Below, piece after piece: positions 45,245 through 53,828 of a DNA stretch of 64,000 nucleotides. Under the pieces are notes generated by a model. It was not told the DNA's origin and did no database searches. It saw only the letters and a program-made list of their open reading frames with translations. Location: NCBI GenBank assembly GCA_045532655.1, contig JAZSGI010000203.1, positions 1,469 through 65,468 on the forward strand, written 5' to 3'. This stretch comes from Victivallaceae bacterium (GTDB lineage Bacteria; Verrucomicrobiota; Lentisphaeria; Victivallales; Victivallaceae). A program made the position numbers and the translations under genes. Position 1 is the first letter of the stretch. Every line of letters begins with the position of its first letter.

Positions 45245-46296
45245 TATATGTCTCCGTCATCCTGCTGCAGCGGTATCAGTGCTGCTGATGAACATCCGGC
45301 ATCTATGGTCATTCCCGGCGAGAAGGAGGCGCCGGTTGTATCAAAGGCTCGCAATCCGCAGGCAAAGTCCAGAGTTGTACGTTCGCCTTCAAAACGGACT
45401 GCCGATACTGTAAGACGGAAACGGTTGGCACACTCTGCCGCCCGTGCGCCGGTAAGGATATTTTCCGGTCTGCAGCAAAGTGTGATTTCCGAACCGGCAG
45501 GTGTCTTTATACCGTCGGCGAAAAGTTCCCCCCGGTCAGTTAAGACTCCTGAAGACGTTACAGTACCTGAAATAAAATTGGCGTCACCCATGAATTCAGC
45601 GGCAAATCGTGTTTGCGGTCTGCGGTACATTTCTTCCGGAGTACCCAGCGCAGCGATCCTGCCGTTGCGCAGCAGGGCTATACGGTCGGCCATGCCCAGA
45701 GCTTCGCGGCGGTCATGGGTCACATAGATGCTTGTAAGGGAACGTTCCCGGCAGATGGCAAGAAGCTCCCGGCGCATTTCTTCCCTGAGATTGCTGTCCA
45801 GATTTGAAAGCGGTTCATCAAGCAGGATCAAACCTGGAGCCGAAGCGAGGCAGCGGGCAAGGGCGACACGCTGTTGCTGCCCGCCGGAGAGTTCACCGGG
45901 TCTCCTGGCAGCAAAATGCTGCATCTGCACTGCTTCCAGAGCTGCTGCAGCTCTCTTCCGGCGTTCTGCGGCAGAGATTTTTTGTGCTTCGAGAGCGAAA
46001 AGCACATTCTGTTCCACAGTCATTGTCGGCCAGAGAGCGTAATTCTGGAATACCATCGGCGAATTGCGTTTTTCCGGAGGGAGAGAGGTAACATCGGTAC
46101 CATTGAATAAGATACATCCGCTGTCCGGAGTCAGGAGACCTGCGATAATACGCAGCAGAGTTGATTTACCGCATCCTGACGGGCCGAGAAGAAAAAACTT
46201 TTCACCGGCTTCAACAGTAAGGTTGAGTTGTTTAAGAACAGGATCGCCGCCTTTGGTATAGCGTTTGCTGATATCACGTATTTCTACTTTTACCAT
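45244..46296 (-). CDS. ABC transporter ATP-binding protein (PotA/FbpC/MalK-like, with a TOBE-like C-terminus)
   Basis: Walker A GPSGCGKST, Q-loop, signature LSGGQQQRVALARC, Walker B LILLDEPLS, and H-loop YVTHD. Start at the ATG at 46296 (MVKVEIRDIS), with GGAGA upstream. The longest ORF reaches 46323. Confidence 0.9.
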   Translation of the reverse strand: MVKVEIRDISKRYTKGGDPVLKQLNLTVEAGEKFFLLGPSGCGKSTLLRIIAGLLTPDSGCILFNGTDVTSLPPEKRNSPMVFQNYALWPTMTVEQNVLFALEAQKISAAERRKRAAAALEAVQMQHFAARRPGELSGGQQQRVALARCLASAPGLILLDEPLSNLDSNLREEMRRELLAICRERSLTSIYVTHDRREALGMADRIALLRNGRIAALGTPEEMYRRPQTRFAAEFMGDANFISGTVTSSGVLTDRGELFADGIKTPAGSEITLCCRPENILTGARAAECANRFRLTVSAVRFEGERTTLDFACGLRAFDTTGASFSPGMTIDAGCSSAALIPLQQDDGDI

Positions 46297-46517
46297 CTTT
46301 TCTCCGGGATTATCGGTTAACACTCATGCCGGCAGGCACTTAGTGCGAAAATTTTTTGCTCTTCCCAAAATACAGGGACATTATAATATAACACAACAGC
46401 AACTTTTTTCATAAAATATTTGCAAAAAAACTTGAAATTTTCCAAAAGACATCTAAAATAGAATAATGACAAGTTGAATCGAAAGTAAACTGTATAACAA
46501 AATGAAAGGAATTTGAA

Positions 46518-47312
46518 ATGTTTACAGAACCGCTTTTCAGTATCCCTGCGATCCTTATTATGATTGCCGGATTTATCGGTCTTAAGGTTGTCAGCGGCAA
46601 ACAGCGTACTCTGGCCAGTGCCAATGCCATCGCTGCTGCATTGCTGGTGGTGATCCTTGTTTGCGCCGGTACTCTTTTCTGGTTTGAGTTTCTCCGTGAC
46701 GTTGTTACAGACAAGGTTGAACTCGGCAAAATGCAGAGAGCCAATTCGTTCCAGGCACAGGCCTACGGTATCGCTAAAAAAGTCGGTTCTGCCGGCAAGG
46801 TTTGCGTTATTGCCACTTCCATGACAGAAGAAAGTTCCATTGATGGTTTTGTCGAAGGTCTCAAAGAAGGTGGTTTCACCGATGTTGAAGTCAAATATAT
46901 CGACAACAAAAAAGGTGGCTATACCCGTATCCCCGCTCCCGAAGGCATGCCCATGATGCCCATGATGCCCCAGTATTCTGCAAATGATGTCAAAAATGCC
47001 GCCAAGGGTGCCGATGTTATCATCAGTGTTGCTACTCTGCCCCAGCTTATGGGCCGCGGCGCAGGAATTTCCAGCCGTGATGATATGACCCAGAAAGGCA
47101 AAGTCATCTTTGTTTCCGCCGGTGACAACCAGTATCCCCAGAATGTTCTCCGTCAGATGCTCAAAGCCGGTTATATTACTTATGCAGTTGCCGCCAAGAG
47201 CTATCTGCCCCAGTATGACAGACTGGATAACGGTTCTGATGCAGTCTTTGAGAAATTCTATGGTATCTACGGTCAGAACGATACCATTCCTGATATCAAG
47301 GACGAAGACTGA
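46518..47312 (+). CDS. Hypothetical membrane protein (two N-terminal TM helices plus a soluble alpha/beta-looking domain)
   Basis: 264 aa. TM helices FSIPAILIMIAGFIGLKVV and AIAAALLVVILVCAGTLFWF. The soluble part has alternating beta-alpha character (KVCVIATS..., ADVIISVATLP, KVIFVSAGD) and an odd PMMPMMP insert. I prefer it over the 360-aa antisense ORF. Confidence 0.55.
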   Translation: MFTEPLFSIPAILIMIAGFIGLKVVSGKQRTLASANAIAAALLVVILVCAGTLFWFEFLRDVVTDKVELGKMQRANSFQAQAYGIAKKVGSAGKVCVIATSMTEESSIDGFVEGLKEGGFTDVEVKYIDNKKGGYTRIPAPEGMPMMPMMPQYSANDVKNAAKGADVIISVATLPQLMGRGAGISSRDDMTQKGKVIFVSAGDNQYPQNVLRQMLKAGYITYAVAAKSYLPQYDRLDNGSDAVFEKFYGIYGQNDTIPDIKDED

Positions 47313-47458
47313 TCCTGATATAATGGACGATGCCCGCCGGTATGCTGTGCGGGTATTGTTCAGTTGCTGAAGATTATATTTGCCCGGTTCCGTTTCCATG
47401 CGGAGCTGGGTGTTTTTGTGAATAAGGTTTGCCTGCAGGTTTCTGTAATGGGGCTTTT

Positions 47459-48661
47459 ATGAAACAGATGATTTTGAAAAAAGGGCGCGAGAAATCTGTT
47501 CTCCGCCGTCATCCATGGATATTTTCCGGAGCCGTGGAAAGTATCACCGGCGATCCGGAGAATGGAGAGGCCGTCACAGTTGCAGACTGGCGGGGAAGAC
47601 CTTTGGCTGTTGCTTCGTGGAGCAGAGAATCCCAGATCAGTGGCAGGATATGGAGTTTTGAGCCGGGTTGTGTCATTGACGGTGATTTTTTTTCTGCCCG
47701 TATCAAAGCGGCCTTTGATTACAGAAAATCCCTTGCTCTTGATAATGTTACTGCGTTCCGTTGTATCGCCAGTGAAGCTGACGGTATGCCCGGGGTTATC
47801 GCTGATTACTATGACGGGTGGCTCGTGGTGCAGTACCTTGCCATGTCAGGTGAATATTATGCTCCGGTAATCAACAGTATTTTTCGCAAATTTGCTGCTG
47901 CACAGGGCTGGCACGGCATATATGAACGCAGTGATGCTGATATCCGTAAACGTGAAGGACTGGAACTGCGTAAGCGCTGTATAATGGGTGATTATCCGCC
48001 GGAAAAAGTGGAAGTATCCGAAGGCAGACTTAAATTTTTTGTGGATATCAGGCGGGGCCACAAAACCGGTTTTTATTGTGATCAACGTGATAACCGCTCC
48101 AAGGTCTTTGCCGGAGTGAAACCGGGGAACCGTGTTTTGAATGTTTTCAGTTATACCGGAGGATTCGGCGTTGCAGCCGCCGTTGGCGGTGCCGCTGAAG
48201 TGGTAAATATCGATTCCAGTCTTCCGGCTCTGGAGGCTGCAGGCGCCAATATGGAGTTGAACGGTATAGATCCTGACCGTTACAGTAACATTGCCGGTGA
48301 TGCTTTTGAACTGTTGCGGCAACTTGCAGCGGAGCGGCCGGCATCTTTTGACGTTATAATCCTTGATCCGCCGAAACTTGTGGATCGTGCCGGAGCATTG
48401 ATGAAAGGGGCGAGGGCTTATAAGGATCTTGCCATACAGGCGTTCCGGCTGCTTGCCCCCGGCGGCAGGCTTTTTACATTTTCCTGTTCCGGTCTTATGA
48501 CCCGTGAACTTTTTGAGAAAATAACCTTTGAAGCAGCATTGGATGCCGGAGTTTTTGCCAATATCGTCCAACATCTTGCCCAGGCTCCAGATCATCCGGT
48601 GCCGCTGAATTATCCGGAAGCGTTTTATCTTAAAGGTTTGGAGGTGGTGCTTTGCAGCTGA
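47459..48661 (+). CDS. rlmI: 23S rRNA (cytosine-C5)-methyltransferase RlmI-like
   Basis: The N-terminus ILKKGREKSVLRRHPWIFSGAV is nearly identical in pattern to RlmI (PUA-like start). SAM-binding segment VLNVFSYTGGFGVAAA and DVIILDPPK. The longest ORF starts at 47429. Confidence 0.85.
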   Translation: MKQMILKKGREKSVLRRHPWIFSGAVESITGDPENGEAVTVADWRGRPLAVASWSRESQISGRIWSFEPGCVIDGDFFSARIKAAFDYRKSLALDNVTAFRCIASEADGMPGVIADYYDGWLVVQYLAMSGEYYAPVINSIFRKFAAAQGWHGIYERSDADIRKREGLELRKRCIMGDYPPEKVEVSEGRLKFFVDIRRGHKTGFYCDQRDNRSKVFAGVKPGNRVLNVFSYTGGFGVAAAVGGAAEVVNIDSSLPALEAAGANMELNGIDPDRYSNIAGDAFELLRQLAAERPASFDVIILDPPKLVDRAGALMKGARAYKDLAIQAFRLLAPGGRLFTFSCSGLMTRELFEKITFEAALDAGVFANIVQHLAQAPDHPVPLNYPEAFYLKGLEVVLCS

Positions 48662-49116
48662 CGATCATACTTGACAGATTACGCAGTGCCCACAACACCG
48701 GCAATATATTCCGTCTTGCCGAGGCTGTCGGGGCCGATATTATTGCCTGCGGTTATACCCCCTGTCCCCCGCATCCCAAGCTGGCAAAAACAGCAATGGG
48801 GTGCGATGAACTTGTCAAATGCCGTCATTGTGAGGATGCCGCCAGTGCCATAAGGATGCTGAAAGCGGAGGAAGAAAATATCGAAGTGCTTGCTCTTGAT
48901 GTGCTGCCCGGTGCTGTTGAGGTTTGGAAACGCAGTTACTCCGGCAGAATAGCCATTGTTGCCGGTAATGAGGCTCTTGGAATAAGCGAGGAGGCGCTTG
49001 CATTGTGTGATGGGGCGATCAAGTTGCCTATGTTCGGACAGAAAGCATCTGTAAATGTGGGCAATGCTGTTGCTGCGGCGCTTTTTGCAATCGAGGCGAA
49101 TTACAGGGAGAGTTGA
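48652..49116 (+). CDS. SpoU/TrmH family RNA 2-prime-O-methyltransferase
   Basis: 154 aa. SAHNTGNIFRLAEAVGA, IVAGNEALGISEE and SVNVGNAVAAALF are the three SpoU motifs. The TTG start at 48652 has GGAGGTG 5 nt upstream and overlaps the rlmI stop. Confidence 0.75.
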   Translation: MQLTIILDRLRSAHNTGNIFRLAEAVGADIIACGYTPCPPHPKLAKTAMGCDELVKCRHCEDAASAIRMLKAEEENIEVLALDVLPGAVEVWKRSYSGRIAIVAGNEALGISEEALALCDGAIKLPMFGQKASVNVGNAVAAALFAIEANYRES

Positions 49117-49120
49117 GTTT

Positions 49121-49858
49121 ATGAAGTGTTTTTTTGCCGGGAAAAATTCTGTTGATGTACTGGAACTGTTGTCTGCTGCAGGTTGTGTTGTGACAGATTC
49201 TCCGGCAGAGGCTGATTTTGTTGTTGCCCATGGCGGTGATGGGTCTCTGCTGCAGGCGTGCCGTCAGTTCCGTTCTCTGCCGGTACTGGCACTGCGTGAC
49301 AGGCTCAATTCAGAACTCTGTTCCAGGCACAGTCAGGAAGATATTATCAAACGGTTTCTCAAAGGAGATATGAAAAAACGCCGTTTGCCGTTTCTGGAAG
49401 GTACCTGCGGCGGAAGAACGATCTACGGCATAAACGATATTTTTATCCATAATTGTCAGCGTGGTAATGCTTTGCGTTATGCTGTGACAATCGATGGCAG
49501 AAATTACGCTTCCGGTGTGATCGGTGATGCCGTAGGGGTTGCAACAGTACACGGGGCAACGGCTTATTACAGGAGCATCACCAGAAGTATTTTTCGTGTC
49601 GGTATCGGGCTTGCTTTCAGCAATTCAACGGAGCTTGTCAATCATCTTGTGCTGGCGGAGGATTCTGTAGTGGATGTGGAGATAATCCGGGGACCGGGGG
49701 TGATGATCGCTGACAATTCACCGGAGGAAATTTGTGTTCCCCAGGGAGGGTCGGTAACTTTGTGCCAAAGCAGTATTACTGCTGAAGTATACGGTCTTGA
49801 GGAATTCATGTGTGCAAAATGCCGTGATTTACGGCATCCGAGGGTTGTGGAAGAATGA
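49121..49858 (+). CDS. nadK: NAD kinase-like protein (divergent)
   Basis: 245 aa from the ATG at 49121. ADFVVAHGGDGSLLQA (GGDG motif), INDIFIH, and GDAVGVATVHGATAYYRSI (compare DG-x-x-x-x-TP-x-GSTAY). Confidence 0.65.
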   Translation: MKCFFAGKNSVDVLELLSAAGCVVTDSPAEADFVVAHGGDGSLLQACRQFRSLPVLALRDRLNSELCSRHSQEDIIKRFLKGDMKKRRLPFLEGTCGGRTIYGINDIFIHNCQRGNALRYAVTIDGRNYASGVIGDAVGVATVHGATAYYRSITRSIFRVGIGLAFSNSTELVNHLVLAEDSVVDVEIIRGPGVMIADNSPEEICVPQGGSVTLCQSSITAEVYGLEEFMCAKCRDLRHPRVVEE

Positions 49859-50490
49859 AAAAAATACTTATCAGTGCCGGGCCCACCCGTGAAGCCATCG
49901 ATCAGGTACGCTTTATTACCAACGGTTCCACCGGCAGGATGGGATATGCCCTTGCAGCTGCTGCCGCTGCAAGGGGACATTATGTCCGGCTTGTTTCCGG
50001 TCCCGTTGCTTTACCTCCGCCGGACGGCGTGGAAATGAAATATGTGACAAGTGCAGTGGAAATGGCAGATGCGATCCTGCCTGTATTTCTGGAATTTGAT
50101 GCGGTTATCATGACTGCAGCAGTTGCTGATTACCGTCCGGTCAGAGTTTTTGACGGTAAATTGAAGAAAACTCCGGGCAATATGGTTCTGGAGATGGAGC
50201 GTACTGTTGATATCCTTGCCGCTATGGGAGCTGCCCGGGGCGGGGCGTCCTCTCCGCTTTTGATCGGCTTTGCGGCCGAGTACGGTGCAGATGAATCATT
50301 GCCGCAGGAGAAATTGCGTAAAAAAAATTGCGACTGGATCGCCTTTAATGATGTCTCTCTCCCTGGTGCCGGATTCGGTACAGCTACCAACGAAATGATC
50401 CTTTTCAGTGCTTCCGGTATACGGATACCGCTGGATATGGCAGATAAAAAAGACATTGCAGTGCAGATACTGCACCATACGGGACTTTAA
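49855..50490 (+). CDS. coaB: Phosphopantothenate--cysteine ligase (stand-alone CoaB domain)
   Basis: 211 aa. KKILISAGPTREAIDQVRFITNGSTGRMGYALA and AAVADYRP match the CoaB half of bifunctional Dfp. No CoaC flavoprotein half is fused or adjacent. Confidence 0.8.
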   Translation: MKKILISAGPTREAIDQVRFITNGSTGRMGYALAAAAAARGHYVRLVSGPVALPPPDGVEMKYVTSAVEMADAILPVFLEFDAVIMTAAVADYRPVRVFDGKLKKTPGNMVLEMERTVDILAAMGAARGGASSPLLIGFAAEYGADESLPQEKLRKKNCDWIAFNDVSLPGAGFGTATNEMILFSASGIRIPLDMADKKDIAVQILHHTGL

Positions 50491-51897
50491 ATGTTATTCT
50501 GCAGGTGTTTGTTCTTTTGTGCCGCAGTTATCACCGTATCCGGCTGCTCTGTGTCTGAAGTGATACAATGGCAGCACGGTACAGTCAATGGTGCATATTT
50601 TTCCTGTCCGCAGGAACAGGTTTTTGCTCCGGGGACTTTTCCTGAACCGGAAAGCTGCTTTGACGGGGAATATTTACCTTTACGCAATGATCTCTCTCTC
50701 AGTGCATTGCAGGAAATGGCGGAATGCTTTGCTGACCGTAACATCTGTTTTGTACTTCTGCTCTATCCTGATCCATGGGAAGTTGCCGCTGTCAAACTCA
50801 ATAAGGCATCCATTTTGCCGAATTCCCTGCGGGCGGCGGAAGAACTGCGGGCAAAGGGAATCCCCGTCATTGCGCCATGGCAGGAAATTCTTGACATCAG
50901 CGAAGGCGGGTTGTGGTTTTATTATGATATCCCCGGCGACCCGCACCCGGATGTGCCTGTGCAGAAAACTGCCGCCCGGCTTCTGGCAGAATATTTACGT
51001 ACTCACGCCATTCTTCCGCCGGGAAATAAAGGAGAATTTTCCTTCGCAGAACGTCCCTCCCTTGCCGGGCGCAAAGATCCCCGGAACGGTGCGGATATCG
51101 TGGATGATATTGTACTTTTCAACGGCAAACCGCCCTCTTTCCGTCACAATGGTTCCCCTGTTCTTATTTTCGGCAACAGCCTGTGTGCCACGCCGTCTGG
51201 CAATGAACTTGCTGCCAGACTGGGTGTTGAACTGGGGTTCATGCCCGACTGTATCCGGATAGACGGGGCAGGGCTTTCCAAAAGTATGGCACGGTATTTT
51301 GTGCCCGGTATGTCCGGAGAAACCGATGGGCGTGCAGCCGTCATAATTGCTTTGAGCGTAAATCAGTTGTACGAGAGGTGGCTTGCACCGTCAGTTATCG
51401 GCAGTTTGTCTGAAGCATCAGTATTGCGGAAGCAGATGCCGCCGGAGGAATGGCAGGGTGAGTGTGCAGTGACAGAGGAGTTCGACGGGTTTATGTCTTT
51501 TATCAGCAGAACATGGCGGTCAGCTGACAGACTTTCCCCGGCGGAAGAAAGCGCAGTCAGTTACTGGCGCAGAACTTCGCCGCTTCTTGCCGGAATGAAG
51601 ATACATAAAAACGGCGCCCCCGCCCGGGTATGCTGGCAGGATATACCCGTACCGTCCGGCAGCGGGCGGGTATTGGCTGTGGAATTGTTTACGACGGCTC
51701 CACCCGGTTATGCGGCGATCGATATAATATCAGGAGCAGACGGAGAATCTGTTTTTTCAACAGTGAACACCAGTGAGGCTGATTTGATACGCTGTCTGCT
51801 GCCGGATGATACAGACAGTGTGGATATCCATCTGGAACTGCTGCTGCCGGAATGTGTTGCCGCAGCCGGAACACTGACTGTCAGCACTCTCCGGTAA
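50491..51897 (+). CDS. Hypothetical lipoprotein (possible AlgX/AlgJ-like SGNH-fold domain)
   Basis: 468 aa. Signal peptide plus lipobox (FFCAAVITVSGC). Weak hints of an SGNH/AlgJ-type fold (GDPHPD, VLIFGNSL). Otherwise I do not recognise it. Confidence 0.5.
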   Translation: MLFCRCLFFCAAVITVSGCSVSEVIQWQHGTVNGAYFSCPQEQVFAPGTFPEPESCFDGEYLPLRNDLSLSALQEMAECFADRNICFVLLLYPDPWEVAAVKLNKASILPNSLRAAEELRAKGIPVIAPWQEILDISEGGLWFYYDIPGDPHPDVPVQKTAARLLAEYLRTHAILPPGNKGEFSFAERPSLAGRKDPRNGADIVDDIVLFNGKPPSFRHNGSPVLIFGNSLCATPSGNELAARLGVELGFMPDCIRIDGAGLSKSMARYFVPGMSGETDGRAAVIIALSVNQLYERWLAPSVIGSLSEASVLRKQMPPEEWQGECAVTEEFDGFMSFISRTWRSADRLSPAEESAVSYWRRTSPLLAGMKIHKNGAPARVCWQDIPVPSGSGRVLAVELFTTAPPGYAAIDIISGADGESVFSTVNTSEADLIRCLLPDDTDSVDIHLELLLPECVAAAGTLTVSTLR

Positions 51898-53692
51898 GTT
51901 TTGCCAGTTTATTGACATTGGCTGCAAAAACCTGCAGACTTGCTTCGACACAACTGCCGTCAGTGAAGGTGAGTCCGGCGTCACTCAAAATATCCAGTAC
52001 CGGTTTGGAGCACCCTGCGGCAAGGAATTTTTTGTACTTCATGACAGCATCTTTATTGCCTGAAAGTATCATTTCTGAAGCCTGCACAGCAGCAGCAAGT
52101 CCCGTGGCATATTTGTAAACATAGAAATTGTAGTAGAAATGGGGTATTCTTGCCCACTCAACTTCAACAAGTTTTGAATTTTTCACAGCCGGTCCCGTAT
52201 AACGGCTTTTGAGTTCATAGTACGCCGCATTCAGAGTTTCGGCTACCAGCGGTGTTCCTGCTTCTGCCATGCGGTGTATGGCAAGTTCAAATTCTGCAAA
52301 CATTGTCTGGCGGTACATTGTAGTACGGAACTGTTCAGCAAGATGCACACACAAATAAAGTGCAAAATCCCTGTCTGTATTGCCGTACATTTTCTCCAGA
52401 TGCCGGAAGAGAAGCATTTCATTGGTTATGGAAGCTATTTCGGCGGCGAAAATGGAATATTCACTGTAACGGTATGGCTGTTCCTGCCGTGAATACCATG
52501 AGTGCATCGAGTGACCAAGTTCGTGGGCAAGGGTGAATACATCGTCAAGTGATCCGTGGAAATTTGTCAGAATATAGGGATTTGAACCGTAACAGCCGGA
52601 TGAATATGCGCCTGAACGTTTACCCTCGGTCTCCGGCAGATCTATCCAGCGTTCATCAAAGGCTCTGTTGAGTACGGCAATATAATCATCCCCCATTGGG
52701 GCAAGGGCCCCTGTAATAAGTTTGCGGGCATCCTCAAAAGAAAAATTCATCTCTTTTTGCTGCTGCAGCGGGACATAAAGATCGTAAATATCAAGTTTTT
52801 CCACATCAAGGACACGGCGTCTTATTTCCAGATAACGGTGCAGGTGGGCAAGATTGTTGTTGACAGCTGTTACAAGGCCGTGATATACGCTTTCCGGAAT
52901 TTCGTCCTCAAAGAGTGCGGCGGAGAGTGCCGACGGGAAATTTCTTATGGAGGCATTGACATAGTGAGTGTTCACATTGGCGGCAAGCACTGCCGCCATG
53001 GTATGTTCAAGGTCTTTATGTGCGCTGAACATGGATTTGAAGGCTTTGCGCCTGATTTCTCTGTTTTTGTCTTCCAGAAAAGTACTGTAACTGCCATGGG
53101 TGATCTTGCGTTTTGTGCCGGAACTGTCCCTGATTGCCTTGAATTTCATATCTGCATTGCTCAGCAGCGAGAAAATATGTCCGGGGGCATTCAGTGTTTC
53201 TGACAGAAGTCCGAGGATACGTTCTTCACTGTCACTCAGGACATGTTCCCTTGCTCTTGCCAGTTCCCGGAGGGCGAAAGAGTACGGGGCAAGTTCCGGA
53301 GCCTGGCAGAACTCCTGCCATACATCCCGTGGAACAGCGGCAAGTTCCGGTTCAAACCATGCAATACTGCCTGCCAATGCAGCGTATTTCCCTCTTATGC
53401 GTTCAAGCAGCTGCTGACTGCCGCTATCTCTTGTGTCTTCATCTGCACGGAGATGTGCATAGCAGTAAAGACGGTCGACGGCAAGTGCGAGCTCGTCTTC
53501 TTTTTCCAGAGCTTGCCGCAGCACCGCCGGGGATCCGGCGGCTCTGCCTTTGAAGGCATTGAACGCCTCAGCTTTGGCATCAAGCATGGCAAACTCCTCT
53601 TCCCATGCCCCGGTATCCGGGTACAGCGAAGTGAGATCCCATGTATATTCTTCCGGTACTTCTTTGCGGATGCGTACTGTATTATGTTCCAT
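51881..53692 (-). CDS. pepF: Oligoendopeptidase F (M3B)
   Basis: 603 aa. Zinc motif FTLAHELGHSMHS and the overall PepF pattern. Confidence 0.9.
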   Translation of the reverse strand: MEHNTVRIRKEVPEEYTWDLTSLYPDTGAWEEEFAMLDAKAEAFNAFKGRAAGSPAVLRQALEKEDELALAVDRLYCYAHLRADEDTRDSGSQQLLERIRGKYAALAGSIAWFEPELAAVPRDVWQEFCQAPELAPYSFALRELARAREHVLSDSEERILGLLSETLNAPGHIFSLLSNADMKFKAIRDSSGTKRKITHGSYSTFLEDKNREIRRKAFKSMFSAHKDLEHTMAAVLAANVNTHYVNASIRNFPSALSAALFEDEIPESVYHGLVTAVNNNLAHLHRYLEIRRRVLDVEKLDIYDLYVPLQQQKEMNFSFEDARKLITGALAPMGDDYIAVLNRAFDERWIDLPETEGKRSGAYSSGCYGSNPYILTNFHGSLDDVFTLAHELGHSMHSWYSRQEQPYRYSEYSIFAAEIASITNEMLLFRHLEKMYGNTDRDFALYLCVHLAEQFRTTMYRQTMFAEFELAIHRMAEAGTPLVAETLNAAYYELKSRYTGPAVKNSKLVEVEWARIPHFYYNFYVYKYATGLAAAVQASEMILSGNKDAVMKYKKFLAAGCSKPVLDILSDAGLTFTDGSCVEASLQVFAANVNKLAKLTGEC

Positions 53693-53828
53693 AATGATAC
53701 TCCCCTTTTCTGTTGTTACCGGGATAATATAACCCTTTTTACAGTAATTTCAACTCTTCTCATTGGAATAATGTCATTATAAGATGTATATTAAAAGATA
53801 CGATCATGTTAACCCCGAAGGAATACCA

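Noticed and set aside
46317-47399. 360-aa minus-strand ORF, the longest ORF in this interval
   Set aside because: It is fully antisense to a plus-strand ORF that has clear TM helices, an RBS/promoter context and a protein-like composition. The minus product is low-complexity (G/N/T/H/F runs) with no start context. I treat it as a shadow ORF, flagged in a finding for a coding-potential check.
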